The translations under genes and the position numbers were made by a program. A DNA stretch of 63,893 nt, the filler included, from Mycoplasmatota bacterium (GTDB lineage: Bacteria > Bacillota_I > Bacilli_A > RF39 > UBA660), in assembly GCA_012727915.1 (NCBI GenBank). It is 9 parts of 9 records of this genome, joined end to end, with 100 filler letters (N's around TTAATTAATTAA, not from the genome) between each part and the next. Parts side by side here need not be neighbours in the genome. Positions count along the whole stretch, not along the records: positions 1 to 5,556 come from JAAYGD010000070.1; positions 5,657 to 20,774 come from JAAYGD010000072.1; 7 more parts are not named here. The stretch is one strand, 5' to 3'. Numbering within the stretch: position 1 is the stretch's first letter; every line of letters begins with the position of its first letter. A model generated the notes under the pieces. That model searched no databases and was not told the origin of the DNA. It saw nothing but the letters and a program-made list of their open reading frames with translations. Below are positions 1 to 10,080 of the stretch, piece after piece.

Positions 1-2
1 TA

Positions 3-269
3 AGTAGATTATTTGCTTTAGCTGAAGCTTATCCAGAATTAAAAGCAGATCAAAACTTTTTACAATTACAAGTTGATTTAAAAGATACAGAAGAAAAAAT
101 TGCGTATGCAAGACAATTTTATAATGACTCAGTATTAAATTATAAAAATAAATTAGAAATGTTTCCTTCAAATATAATAGCAAATATGTTTAAATTTACT
201 GAAATGAAATTTTTTGAAGCTAATGAGTCTGAAAAAGAAACACCAAAAGTATCATTTGATGAAAAATAG
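3..269 (+). CDS. lemA: LemA family protein, 5'-partial
   Basis: Manual translation of frame 3 gives LFALAEAYPELKADQNFLQLQ...RQFYNDSV...FPSNIIANMFKF, typical LemA C-terminal motifs; stop TAG at 267-269. Confidence 0.92.
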   Translation, partial: SRLFALAEAYPELKADQNFLQLQVDLKDTEEKIAYARQFYNDSVLNYKNKLEMFPSNIIANMFKFTEMKFFEANESEKETPKVSFDEK

Positions 270-292
270 ACTTACATTTGTAAGTCTTTTTT
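268..292 (+). terminator. Intrinsic terminator-like hairpin after lemA
   Basis: AGACTTAC-attt-GTAAGTCT followed by a T run. Confidence 0.6.
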
Positions 293-303
293 AAAGGAGT
301 TAT

Positions 304-2196
304 ATGAAAAAAATATTATTTATAATAATGATGTTTTTATTGATTAATAATGTATATGCAATAGATTATACTATTGATGGTTTTTACGTGGATGCAACTA
401 TTAAAGAGAATGGAGATTTATTAGTAAAAGAAGTTATAGTACAAAATGGCTCTTTTAATGGATATTATAGAAGAATTACTCCCGACTCAAATAATAGTAA
501 ATATGATGCATCATCTATCGAGTTAATAAGAATTTGTGAATCAGAATTAACTGATTTTTCTGCAACAAGTAATTACACAAATTGTTTTAGCAAAGTATCT
601 AGTGGAAGTAACGGGGATTCATTAGTATACGAAGAAAATCCATATTTAAATGGTGTTGAATACAAAATGTATAATTATTCAAATTATGAAACTAAATCAT
701 ATTATATAGAATATATTTTAAAAGATGTTGCAATAAAATATAATGATATAGGTGAATTAAGATGGAATTTTATAGGAAATATGTTTACTGATGATTTAAA
801 AGATGTTTTAATAAAAGTTAACTTAGAAAAAGAATCTGAATTATTAAGAGTTTGGAGTCACGGCCCACTTTATGGGACTACTGAAATATTAGATAAAAAA
901 AGTGTTAAGTATTTTTCAACTGATTTAGAAAAAGAAGAATATGTAGATGTAAGAGTCGTATTTGATAAAGAAATTTTGTCTGTTGTAAAAAAGAATTATT
1001 CAGAAAATGTCTTAGATTCTATTATAGCAGAAGAAACAATATTAGCAGATGAAGCAAATGAAGAAAGAGAAGAAGCTAAGGAACTAATAAAGCAATGGGA
1101 AAAAGAACAAAAAGAATTAGAAAAAAGAAATAGTAATACTTTTAAGTTTGTTCTTTTACCATGGTTATTTGGACTATTTGGATTGTTAGGATTTAATTAT
1201 TATAAAAATGATAAAGAACTAGATCCTGAATTCAAACAAAAATATTTTAGAGATTTTCCTGATGATTCAACACCAGAATTAGTAGAATTATTAGTAAATA
1301 AAAAATTGGATTCCTTGGGTTTATCTTCTTCTTTATTAAATATTATTAGAAAAAAAGGATTAACTTTTCAAGAATTTATTACTAAAGAAGGATTATTTAA
1401 AACAAAAGAAGTTAAGGATTATAGATTAATTTTAAATGACAATAATTTAAAGGAACCATTAACTGAGGAAGAATGTTATTTAAGAACATGGTTTTTAGAA
1501 ACTTATGGAGATAATACATCGTTTGAGATATCAACTTTAAATAAAAAACTTAAAAAAGAATCTGAAGCGATAGCTTTTATGGCAAAGTTTAATGAATGGA
1601 AAGGTTTATGCAGGGCCAAATTTAATACATTTGATTATTATGAAGATAATAGTAAAAACAAAACACTTACTACTCTTTATGCATTAGTTCCTCCAATAAT
1701 TACTTTAATAATAGGGCCTATTGCTATTCCATTTGTTCTAATTGGTTTATTAGCAACCATCTATATAGTGTCTTATAAAAAAAGAAATAAAAAAGGCAAT
1801 GAAAAATATCATATGTGGATGGCATTAAAAAACTTTATGAATGATTTTGGAAGTTTTAAAGAAAAAGAATTACCTGAAATAATATTATGGGAAAAATATT
1901 TAGTATACGCAAATGTATTTGGAATAGCGGACAAATTAAGAAAACAAATGGAAATAAAAATAAGAGAGATTGATCCTAATTTAAATACAACAAATAGAGA
2001 TATGTTTGATTATTTATTATTAAATAATATGATTAATAACAATATAGGAAATAGTGTTGCTAAGGCATATACTACAGCGAGATCAACCATTGCTAGAGCC
2101 GCATCTTCTTCTATGTCTTCTGGTGGGGGATTTGGAGGAGGATCTTCAGGTGGAGGCGGCGGTGGAGGCGGCGGCGGTGGAGGCGGCGGTTTCTAA
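304..2196 (+). CDS. DUF2207 domain membrane protein with Gly-rich tail
   Basis: Signal peptide, ELRWNFIG / VWSHGPL, YFRDFP, LWEKYLVYANVFG and GGGFGGG tail; follows lemA, a common pairing. Confidence 0.88.
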   Translation: MKKILFIIMMFLLINNVYAIDYTIDGFYVDATIKENGDLLVKEVIVQNGSFNGYYRRITPDSNNSKYDASSIELIRICESELTDFSATSNYTNCFSKVSSGSNGDSLVYEENPYLNGVEYKMYNYSNYETKSYYIEYILKDVAIKYNDIGELRWNFIGNMFTDDLKDVLIKVNLEKESELLRVWSHGPLYGTTEILDKKSVKYFSTDLEKEEYVDVRVVFDKEILSVVKKNYSENVLDSIIAEETILADEANEEREEAKELIKQWEKEQKELEKRNSNTFKFVLLPWLFGLFGLLGFNYYKNDKELDPEFKQKYFRDFPDDSTPELVELLVNKKLDSLGLSSSLLNIIRKKGLTFQEFITKEGLFKTKEVKDYRLILNDNNLKEPLTEEECYLRTWFLETYGDNTSFEISTLNKKLKKESEAIAFMAKFNEWKGLCRAKFNTFDYYEDNSKNKTLTTLYALVPPIITLIIGPIAIPFVLIGLLATIYIVSYKKRNKKGNEKYHMWMALKNFMNDFGSFKEKELPEIILWEKYLVYANVFGIADKLRKQMEIKIREIDPNLNTTNRDMFDYLLLNNMINNNIGNSVAKAYTTARSTIARAASSSMSSGGGFGGGSSGGGGGGGGGGGGGGF

Positions 2197-2255
2197 TAAA
2201 AAATAGAATTAAGCAATTAATTCTTTTTTTTGTTATAATGTAAGTAGGTGATATT

Positions 2256-4802
2256 ATGAAAAAGATAATACTGATAGATGGAAACAACTTATTATTTAGA
2301 AGTTATTACGCTACTGCATATTCAGGTGGAATAATGAAAAACAGCAAAGGGTTTCCTACAAATGCTTTATATGGATTTACTAATATGATTAATAAAATAA
2401 TAAATGAGGAAAAACCTGATTATATGTTAGTCGCGCTTGATAAAGGTAAAACATTTAGGCATGATAGTTATGGAGATTATAAAGCCGGAAGACAAGAAAC
2501 TCCAAATGAACTTATTACTCAAATTGAATATTCAAAACAGTTGTTGGATGCTATGGGTATATCTTGGAAAGAAGCACCAGGATATGAAGCAGATGATATT
2601 ATTGGTACTTTATCACAAAATGTAGATGAAGATAAAGAAGTTTTAATAATAAGTAGTGATAGAGATTTATTGCAACTTATTAATAAAAAAGTAAAAGTTA
2701 AATTATTAAAAAGTAAAGATTATTTATTATTGGATGAATCTAATTTTAAACAAGAGTTTGGAATTGAACCTAATAAAGTAATTGATTTAAAAGGATTACA
2801 AGGTGATTCATCTGATAATATTCCCGGTGTTAAAGGTATTGGAGAAAAGACAGCTTTAAAACTATTAAATGAATATAAAAGTATAGAAAATATCTATGTT
2901 AATATAGAAAATATAAAAGGAAAATTGAAAGATACCTTAATGGAAAATAAAGATAATGCATTTATGTCAAAACAATTAGCGACTATTTATAAAGAGGTTC
3001 CTTTGGATATAGGTATTGATGATATTAAATATAAAGGTTCTAATGCTGATGAATTAAGAATTAAATATGAAGAATTAGAGTTTTATTCTTTTTTAAAAAA
3101 TATTAAAGTTGAAAATAAAACTAAATTAAATGAAATAGTAGTGGTAGAAGATATAAGTTCTTTAGTTTTTGATGAACCAGTATCCATATATATTGAATTG
3201 GATTCAACTAATTATCATACTTCAAATATATTAGGTGTTGGTTTATATAATGAAAACAATAGTATTTTTATCCCTGAATATGCTTTAAAAGGAAAGATGC
3301 CTAGTAATATTAAATATACATACGATTTGAAAAAATCTTTAGTAGTTCTTAGAAAAAGAGATTTGAATTTAAATGAAGTTGATTTTGATACTATGATTGC
3401 GGCTTACCTTCTTAATTATAATATAAAGGATGATATTGTTTATTTATCTAATCAATTTGGATATGAATTGCCATTCTTTGAAGTAATAAGTAAGAATAAA
3501 AATATCGAATTAGAATTAGTTAAGGAATTATGTGTAAAAAAAGCTAAATTCATTTATGAAACACATAAAAGTTTTGATGATAAATTAATTAAAGAAGGAT
3601 ATAAAGATTTGTTTTATAATATAGAAATGCCTCTTATTAGAGTTCTATCAAATATGGAGTATTTAGGTATAAAAGTAGATAAAACAATTCTTAAAGATAT
3701 GGAAGATGAAGTAAAAATTAAATTAGAATTATTATCAAAAACCATTTATAACTATGCAGGTATAGAATTTAATATTAATTCATATAAACAATTAGGAGAT
3801 GTACTTTTTGATAAATTAAAAATACCTTCAAACAAAAAGAGAAGTACTGATAGAGAATATTTAGTTAGATACAAGGATAAAAACCCTATAATAGAGAAAA
3901 TACTAGAGTACAAGTTATTAAATAAAATATATACTACTTATGTAGTAGGATTACAAAATTATGTAATGGAAGATTCAAAAATACATACTACATATAATCA
4001 AACCTTGACTAGAACAGGAAGATTATCTTCTATCGAACCTAATTTACAAAATATACCAATAAGATATGAGTATGGTAAATTAATTAGAAAAGCGTTTTTA
4101 CCTGATAATGATTTGTTAATGTCTGTAGATTATTCTCAAATAGAACTAAGAGTATTCGCACATTTTTCAGAAGAAAAAAATTTAATTGATGCTTTTAATC
4201 ATAATATGGATATTCACACAAAAACAGCAATGGATTTATTTGGAGTTTCAAATTTTGAAGTTACTTCTGATATGAGAAGAAAAGCCAAAGCAGTAAATTT
4301 TGGTATTCTTTATGGTATAAGTGGGTTTGGTTTATCAGAGAATTTAGATGTAGATTTCTCTGAAGCAAAAACATTTATGGATAAATATTTGGAAACCTTT
4401 CCAGGAATAAAAAATTATATGGAAAAAACCAAAGAAGAAGCTAAATCTATTGGATATGTAAAAACAATAGAAGGAAGAAAAAGAGTAATAGATGAATTAA
4501 ATAACGCTAATATCGCTATTAGAAAAAGTGGCGAAAGAATTGCTTTAAATACTCCAATACAAGGTAGTAGTGCTGACATTATTATGAAAGCTATGGTAGA
4601 AATAGATAAAAAGTTTAAAGAAGAAAATATTAAAAGTAAAATGATTCTTCAAATTCACGATGAATTAGTATTTGATGTATTAAAAGAAGAAAAGGATAAG
4701 GTTGAAAAATTAGTGGTTTCTAGTATGGAAAATATTGCAAAACTTAGAGTGCCATTAAAAGTATCTGTATCTTATGGAAAAAATTGGTATGAAACTAAAT
4801 AA
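2256..4802 (+). CDS. polA: DNA polymerase I
   Basis: LIDGNNLLFRSYYA 5'-3' exonuclease, DYSQIELR, KAVNFGILYG, QIHDEL motifs. Confidence 0.98.
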   Translation: MKKIILIDGNNLLFRSYYATAYSGGIMKNSKGFPTNALYGFTNMINKIINEEKPDYMLVALDKGKTFRHDSYGDYKAGRQETPNELITQIEYSKQLLDAMGISWKEAPGYEADDIIGTLSQNVDEDKEVLIISSDRDLLQLINKKVKVKLLKSKDYLLLDESNFKQEFGIEPNKVIDLKGLQGDSSDNIPGVKGIGEKTALKLLNEYKSIENIYVNIENIKGKLKDTLMENKDNAFMSKQLATIYKEVPLDIGIDDIKYKGSNADELRIKYEELEFYSFLKNIKVENKTKLNEIVVVEDISSLVFDEPVSIYIELDSTNYHTSNILGVGLYNENNSIFIPEYALKGKMPSNIKYTYDLKKSLVVLRKRDLNLNEVDFDTMIAAYLLNYNIKDDIVYLSNQFGYELPFFEVISKNKNIELELVKELCVKKAKFIYETHKSFDDKLIKEGYKDLFYNIEMPLIRVLSNMEYLGIKVDKTILKDMEDEVKIKLELLSKTIYNYAGIEFNINSYKQLGDVLFDKLKIPSNKKRSTDREYLVRYKDKNPIIEKILEYKLLNKIYTTYVVGLQNYVMEDSKIHTTYNQTLTRTGRLSSIEPNLQNIPIRYEYGKLIRKAFLPDNDLLMSVDYSQIELRVFAHFSEEKNLIDAFNHNMDIHTKTAMDLFGVSNFEVTSDMRRKAKAVNFGILYGISGFGLSENLDVDFSEAKTFMDKYLETFPGIKNYMEKTKEEAKSIGYVKTIEGRKRVIDELNNANIAIRKSGERIALNTPIQGSSADIIMKAMVEIDKKFKEENIKSKMILQIHDELVFDVLKEEKDKVEKLVVSSMENIAKLRVPLKVSVSYGKNWYETK

Positions 4803-4813
4803 GGAGGTAATAG

Positions 4814-5556
4814 ATGGCAATAACAAAGACAAAATTTATTAATTATTCTAGATGTCCTAGATATGTTGCTTTAGATGAAGTTAAAAAAGAAAGATTAAAT
4901 GCTGATATTTCATATTCAGATTATTTAGAAGAAGAAATTGATATTAAAAAATTTGAATTAATATCACAAATGATAGATATTGATGATGAAGGAAATGAAG
5001 AAGATTTAATAGATATTGTTGATGAGCAATTAGAGATAATGTTACCTTATTATAAAAAAATAGAACAACTTGCAGGGAAAAAAGTTGAGGATTTATTTGG
5101 AGGCAACTCGATTTATGCTGAAAAAACTCAAGATCAAAAATCATTTGAGTTTATAGATAATGGAATTAAATATTTATGTTATGTAGATATTTATAATGAT
5201 AATGGAAAGATAAATATAATTGAGGTTAAAGCTACAACATCAAGAAAATTTATTAAAGATATAACCGGAGGTTATTACAAAAAAGAAAAATACTCATTAT
5301 TTTTTAAAGATGATAAAGGTATATTTCATTTAAAAGAAGACTTACAAAATTATAATTTAGAAGATGAAATGCCTAAGGAAGAATATTATAAAAAAAGATT
5401 AAAATTAAAAGATAAATATAAATTTGGAAAGTATATTTATGATCTTGCAGTTCAAAGAATGTTTATAGAAAAGGATACAAAAAATTATGATATTAATTAT
5501 TATCTAGCTGTTTTAAATCATGAATATGTATTTGATGGTACTTATATTGATGGAGA
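4814..5556 (+). CDS. DUF2779-associated PD-(D/E)xK nuclease-like protein, 3'-partial
   Basis: ITKTKFINYSRCP start, VDIY...IIEVK nuclease motif, YDLAVQR; truncated by linker. Confidence 0.6.
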
Positions 5557-5656
5557 NNNNNNNNNNNNNNNNNNNNNNNNNNNNNNNNNNNNNNNNNNNN
5601 TTAATTAATTAANNNNNNNNNNNNNNNNNNNNNNNNNNNNNNNNNNNNNNNNNNNN
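5557..5656. other. Artificial contig linker
   Basis: N run + TTAATTAATTAA + N run, 100 bp. Confidence 0.99.
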
Positions 5657-5785
5657 GCAGTTAAAAAAGCAACTTCTGATTTTATGAAAAGAATTGGATT
5701 AACCGCTTTATTATTCTTATTACCATTTATTATTAATATGATAGTAGGATTAACTCAATATGGTAGTCTCTCTGCTTGCTTATAA
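5657..5785 (+). repeat. Direct repeat copy 1: 3' end of a paralogue of the 5825-6805 gene
   Basis: 129 bp identical to 6677-6805 except T5708/C6728 (synonymous TTA/CTA); encodes AVKKATSDFMKRIGLTALLFLLPFIINMIVGLTQYGSLSACL-stop. Confidence 0.95.
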
Positions 5786-5799
5786 AGTTTTATATGATA

Positions 5800-5808
5800 T
5801 GCTATAAT
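5800..5808 (+). promoter_or_regulatory. Extended -10 promoter element
   Basis: TGCTATAAT upstream of the AGGAG RBS of the 5825 gene. Confidence 0.55.
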
Positions 5809-5824
5809 CAAGATTAGGAGATTT

Positions 5825-6805
5825 ATGAATAGATTTATTAAAATAATTATGTTTATATTTTTATTTATTTTGTTAACTAATAAAGTTAATGCAAGTCAAG
5901 TTGATTGTTACTATGGTAGTAATTCTTTTAAAATATATGTGGGATATTCAAGCGGTTCTACACCGACCGTTTATGAAGTTACTACTAATCAATCACTCCA
6001 ATACACTTCATTAGGTAACTCATATGTAAAAGCTCAGGACTTAATGAATGCTGATGGTACCTTATACTGCCCTGATAAATTGTTCTCTGAAATGACTGTT
6101 GCGGGAAGGGATGTTAAATATCATGTATCATTTACCGAAAAATCATTGAACAATCCCGGATTTTCTTTTTCTCTAATATCTAGCGAATCAACAGTAGTAA
6201 ATGACCCCATTGATCCAAACAATGAAGAAAGCAAAGATGTAATTTGTAGTTATGGAAAAAACTCTCTTATATTTAATAAATCTACTGGTGCAGTAAACAT
6301 TTCATTATATGGAGTAAGTAGCAACATTCCTATATTTGGTCCAACAATTGAGTCTTTAGAAAAATATAATTATCAATGCCCGCCTCAATTATGTTTTTAT
6401 TGTAATACTAGAGAATCACAAATGTGTAGTGTAGGATTTGAAAAAGCAGGATTATTGGAGTGTGTTGGAAGTGGAACTTGGGAAGAACAGAATAATAATA
6501 ATAATAATTCCAATGAACCTAATAATCCGATAGATACAGGTGGTGAGGTTACTTGCGATGCTTTTAAAGAAATTACAGGACCAATTTGGTTTTGGATGAG
6601 AATTCTAGCCCCTATAATTGCATTAGTGTTCGGTACTTTAGATTTATTGAAAGCTGTTGCTGCAGAAGATCAAAAAGCAGTTAAAAAAGCAACTTCTGAT
6701 TTTATGAAAAGAATTGGATTAACCGCTCTATTATTCTTATTACCATTTATTATTAATATGATAGTAGGATTAACTCAATATGGTAGTCTCTCTGCTTGCT
6801 TATAA
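5825..6805 (+). CDS. Secreted Cys-rich protein with C-terminal VirB2/TrbC pilin-like hydrophobic hairpin
   Basis: Signal peptide (VNA cleavage), two CxY...CP modules, Asn-rich linker, then helix-KAVAAEDQKAVKK-helix typical of pilin-like domains. Confidence 0.6.
   Translation: MNRFIKIIMFIFLFILLTNKVNASQVDCYYGSNSFKIYVGYSSGSTPTVYEVTTNQSLQYTSLGNSYVKAQDLMNADGTLYCPDKLFSEMTVAGRDVKYHVSFTEKSLNNPGFSFSLISSESTVVNDPIDPNNEESKDVICSYGKNSLIFNKSTGAVNISLYGVSSNIPIFGPTIESLEKYNYQCPPQLCFYCNTRESQMCSVGFEKAGLLECVGSGTWEEQNNNNNNSNEPNNPIDTGGEVTCDAFKEITGPIWFWMRILAPIIALVFGTLDLLKAVAAEDQKAVKKATSDFMKRIGLTALLFLLPFIINMIVGLTQYGSLSACL
6677..6805 (+). repeat. Direct repeat copy 2
   Basis: Matches 5657-5785 at 128/129 positions, offset 1020 bp. 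Confidence 0.95.
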
Positions 6806-6884
6806 TTAATATAGACAATAGATCAATAATGTTGTATAATTACTTCATATTGATCTTTTATTTTGTATAGACAAGGAGGAAATA

Positions 6885-8558
6885 ATGGATTTTTTTAATA
6901 ACGGAGACACTAAAGTTTTCGCTTTAGGTGGCCTAGGAGAAATAGGCAAAAATATGTACTGTGTAGTACATAATGATGAAATAGTAATAATAGACTCTGG
7001 GGTAATGTTTCCAGAAGATGAACTATTAGGAATAGATTATGTTATTCCAGATTTTACTTTTCTAAAAAATAATATGGAAAAAATTAAAGGTTTATTTATT
7101 ACACATGGTCATGAAGATCATATAGGAGGAATTCCCTTTTTATTGCAAACATTAAATATACCTACTATATATGCACCTAAACAAGCAGCAGAATTGATTA
7201 AATTAAAATTAGAAGATAGGAATATTGCTTATAAAAATATTGAAATATATAATAAAGACTCTAAATATAAATTTAAAAATATAGAAGTAGAATTTATAGC
7301 AACTACTCACTCAATACCAGATTCACACGCAATTGTAGTTAACACTCCAAACGGGACTATAGTTCACACTGGAGATTTTAAATTTGACTTTACTCCAATT
7401 GGTCCTATGTCTGATATTCATAAGATGAGTGATATAGGAAAAAAAGGTGTTAAATTATTACTAAGTGATTCTACTAATGCATTAACTGAAGGATTTTCAA
7501 GAAGTGAATCAAAAGTTGATGCAGCTTTAGGAGATATATTTGCAAGACATAAAGGTAGAATTATATTAGCAACCTTTGCTTCTAATGTATATAGATTAAA
7601 ACATGTTATCGAAACAAGTAAAAAAAATAATAGAAAAGTTGTTTTATTTGGAAGAAGTATGGAAAACAACGTACAAGTTGCTATAGAAAGTGGATATATA
7701 GATGGTAAAGGAGTTATTATTGAACCTGAAGAAGCAGTAAACAAACCTAGTAACGAAATTACTTTATTGTGCACTGGATCTCAAGGTGAACCTTTAGCGG
7801 CTTTATCTAGAATAGCTAATGGTACTCATAAACAAATAAAATTAATGAAAGATGATTTAGTAATATTTTCATCTTCCGCTATTCCTGGTAATGGTGCATC
7901 TATATCAAAAACTATTAACCAAATATATTTAAAAGGAGTAAAAGTATTTACTAATACATCACTTAGTGATATACATACTTCTGGGCACGCTAATCAAGAA
8001 GAATTAAAATTATTGCTTAGATTATTACAACCAGAATTTTTTATGCCAATACATGGTGAATATAGTATGTTAAAAAAGCATGCTGAACTAGCGGTTCAAT
8101 GTGGAGTTGATAAAGATAAGATATTTATAATTGATAATGGAGATGTAATATCAATAAATAATAATGGAATAAAAAGACAAGAATCAGTTCAAGCATCCGA
8201 TATATATGTAGATGGAAGTAGAATTGGAGATATTGGTGGAATTGTAATTAAAGATAGAGCTATTATGGCTAACGATGGTTTAATTGTTGCAATTGCAAAT
8301 ATTGATATTAATAAAAATGAATTAATAGATAAAGTAAACATTACTACTAGAGGATTTATTCTAGTAAATGAAAATGAAGAATTAATTAATAAAATAAAAG
8401 ATATTACTAGTGATACCATTAGGCATCACATAGTAGATACTAAAAATAATTATTCAGATTTAAAAAATTATGTGATTCAAGAATTAGGAACATTTATAAA
8501 AAATGAAACAGGAAGAAAACCATTAATATTACCAGTATTTTTAGATATTAAAAGATGA
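6885..8558 (+). CDS. rnj: Ribonuclease J
   Basis: LGGLGEIGKNM, THGHEDHIG, GSQGEP, HTSGHA motifs. Confidence 0.97.
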   Translation: MDFFNNGDTKVFALGGLGEIGKNMYCVVHNDEIVIIDSGVMFPEDELLGIDYVIPDFTFLKNNMEKIKGLFITHGHEDHIGGIPFLLQTLNIPTIYAPKQAAELIKLKLEDRNIAYKNIEIYNKDSKYKFKNIEVEFIATTHSIPDSHAIVVNTPNGTIVHTGDFKFDFTPIGPMSDIHKMSDIGKKGVKLLLSDSTNALTEGFSRSESKVDAALGDIFARHKGRIILATFASNVYRLKHVIETSKKNNRKVVLFGRSMENNVQVAIESGYIDGKGVIIEPEEAVNKPSNEITLLCTGSQGEPLAALSRIANGTHKQIKLMKDDLVIFSSSAIPGNGASISKTINQIYLKGVKVFTNTSLSDIHTSGHANQEELKLLLRLLQPEFFMPIHGEYSMLKKHAELAVQCGVDKDKIFIIDNGDVISINNNGIKRQESVQASDIYVDGSRIGDIGGIVIKDRAIMANDGLIVAIANIDINKNELIDKVNITTRGFILVNENEELINKIKDITSDTIRHHIVDTKNNYSDLKNYVIQELGTFIKNETGRKPLILPVFLDIKR

Positions 8559-8594
8559 TTACTTATCATCTTTTTTTGTTTAATTAATAATAAT

Positions 8595-9086
8595 TTATAA
8601 TACTCTACTTGTTTCTAAGTCGGATTGTAAATAATGATTATCTCCAATTCCATATTGAAGAGAACCATTTTTATTAAATCCTACAATATTTCCACAACCT
8701 TCTATTCTTATGGCTTCTTGAGATGGATTTGAAACTCTAAATAAAAAACCATCTACTACAGTACACTCATCTACTCCCTTTTCAATTACTCCTTTAGTAA
8801 GTTCTTTTGCAACTTCTTTTGCAGCAAGAGCATCAGTTTGAGGAATTCTAATACATGAATAATAATATTTTGAGAAATCTTTTAGATAAACTTCATAACC
8901 AATTACCATTTCCATAGGAGTATCAAATCCATTATATGTTCCTGAATTACCATTTTCTAAATTTCTATTGCCTTCTATTATTCCAACTGACTCTGGTCCA
9001 CTTATATATGTTTCTGAACGTAATATTTGACCTTGGTAGTTATTTTCTAAATTTTCCTTCATTTCGCTAAATTGAGCTAAGTATTC
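8595..9086 (-). CDS. Hypothetical protein (start uncertain; ORF extends to 9110)
   Basis: 171-aa ORF 8595-9110 with GGAGG inside the first codons, suggesting a start near MSKEE; no recognisable family. Confidence 0.6.
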   Translation of the reverse strand, partial: EYLAQFSEMKENLENNYQGQILRSETYISGPESVGIIEGNRNLENGNSGTYNGFDTPMEMVIGYEVYLKDFSKYYYSCIRIPQTDALAAKEVAKELTKGVIEKGVDECTVVDGFLFRVSNPSQEAIRIEGCGNIVGFNKNGSLQYGIGDNHYLQSDLETSRVL

Positions 9087-9400
9087 TTCTTTACTCATAA
9101 CAACCTCCATATTTCGATTATACTATTATTGATAAATAAAGTAAACTATTATATAAGAATAAAGGGTTATGAAATAAACCCTATGTAGTAGATAAGATAT
9201 ATTAAATATATTTTTTTGTTTTGCTATAGAATATAATAAGTGGAAGATATATGAGAGAAACTAAACACAAATAGTAGATTATAAAGACGATCATTCAGAT
9301 TATCAATAATTAGAAATAAAAAGATTAATAAAATAAATAAGAATTTGATAATGTTATATTTTTTTATTTATATGATAAAATATAATTTTTAGGAGAATTT

Positions 9401-9832
9401 ATGAAAGATCCAATTTTTAAAAAACCAAGAAACGGAATAATAATGGGAATTATTTTTATTATATTTGGAATAGCAATAATACTTCCCACTATAAATCATA
9501 TTAAAACTCACAGAGTTAAGAACAGTAATTATTTTGAAACAAAAGGTGAGATTGTTGACTATACATCTGAAGGATCATCTGATCATTATAGCTATGTTGT
9601 TGAATATGAAGTAGATGGGAAAACATATACAATAGTTTCTAGTCCGATTTTTTTCAAGAAAAAGATAGGTAGTAATGTAGGCATAAAATATAATCCCGAT
9701 AATCCGGAAGATGCTATATTTGAAAATGAAAATTCATTGATAACATTGCCTGGTGGAATTATTGTGTTTATAGCTTGTGGAGCTTACTCTATATATGATA
9801 GTATTAAAAGACTAAAAAACAATATAAAATAA
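9401..9832 (+). CDS. DUF3592 domain membrane protein
   Basis: TM - TKGEIVD...VVEYEVDGKTY...IKYNPDNPEDA - TM architecture. Confidence 0.8.
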   Translation: MKDPIFKKPRNGIIMGIIFIIFGIAIILPTINHIKTHRVKNSNYFETKGEIVDYTSEGSSDHYSYVVEYEVDGKTYTIVSSPIFFKKKIGSNVGIKYNPDNPEDAIFENENSLITLPGGIIVFIACGAYSIYDSIKRLKNNIK

Positions 9833-9868
9833 AGAGAAATGTATCCATTCTAGTATACACTTCTTTTT

Positions 9869-10030
9869 TTATTTTGCTTCCAAAGTTTTCTTCTTACCAC
9901 TATCTTGTTGGCTTTCTCTCTCTTCTATTAACGTATCTAAATATCTAATAATCTTGTCATTATCTCTTTTTTCTTGATCAGCAATCCATTTCATTATCTT
10001 ATAATGCCTTGTTAATGTTCTTTTATTCAT
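9869..10030 (-). CDS. Small hypothetical protein, 53 aa (not in ORF track)
   Basis: MNKRTLTRHYKIMKWIADQEKRDNDKIIRYLDTLIEERESQQDSGKKKTLEAK; AGGAGGG RBS just upstream. Confidence 0.65.
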   Translation of the reverse strand: MNKRTLTRHYKIMKWIADQEKRDNDKIIRYLDTLIEERESQQDSGKKKTLEAK

Positions 10031-10080
10031 TATCCCTCCTAATTATATAATACAATATATTTAATAAATTAAAAAGATGA

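Noticed and set aside
2122..2193. GC-rich GGN repeat
   Set aside because: Encodes the normal Gly-rich tail of DUF2207 proteins
6491..6508. (AAT)6 tract as a phase-variation switch
   Set aside because: A triplet repeat keeps the frame; it encodes an Asn linker
5657..6805. 129-bp repeat as a DGR template/variable repeat pair
   Set aside because: Only one, synonymous, difference; both copies are coding ends; no reverse transcriptase in the window
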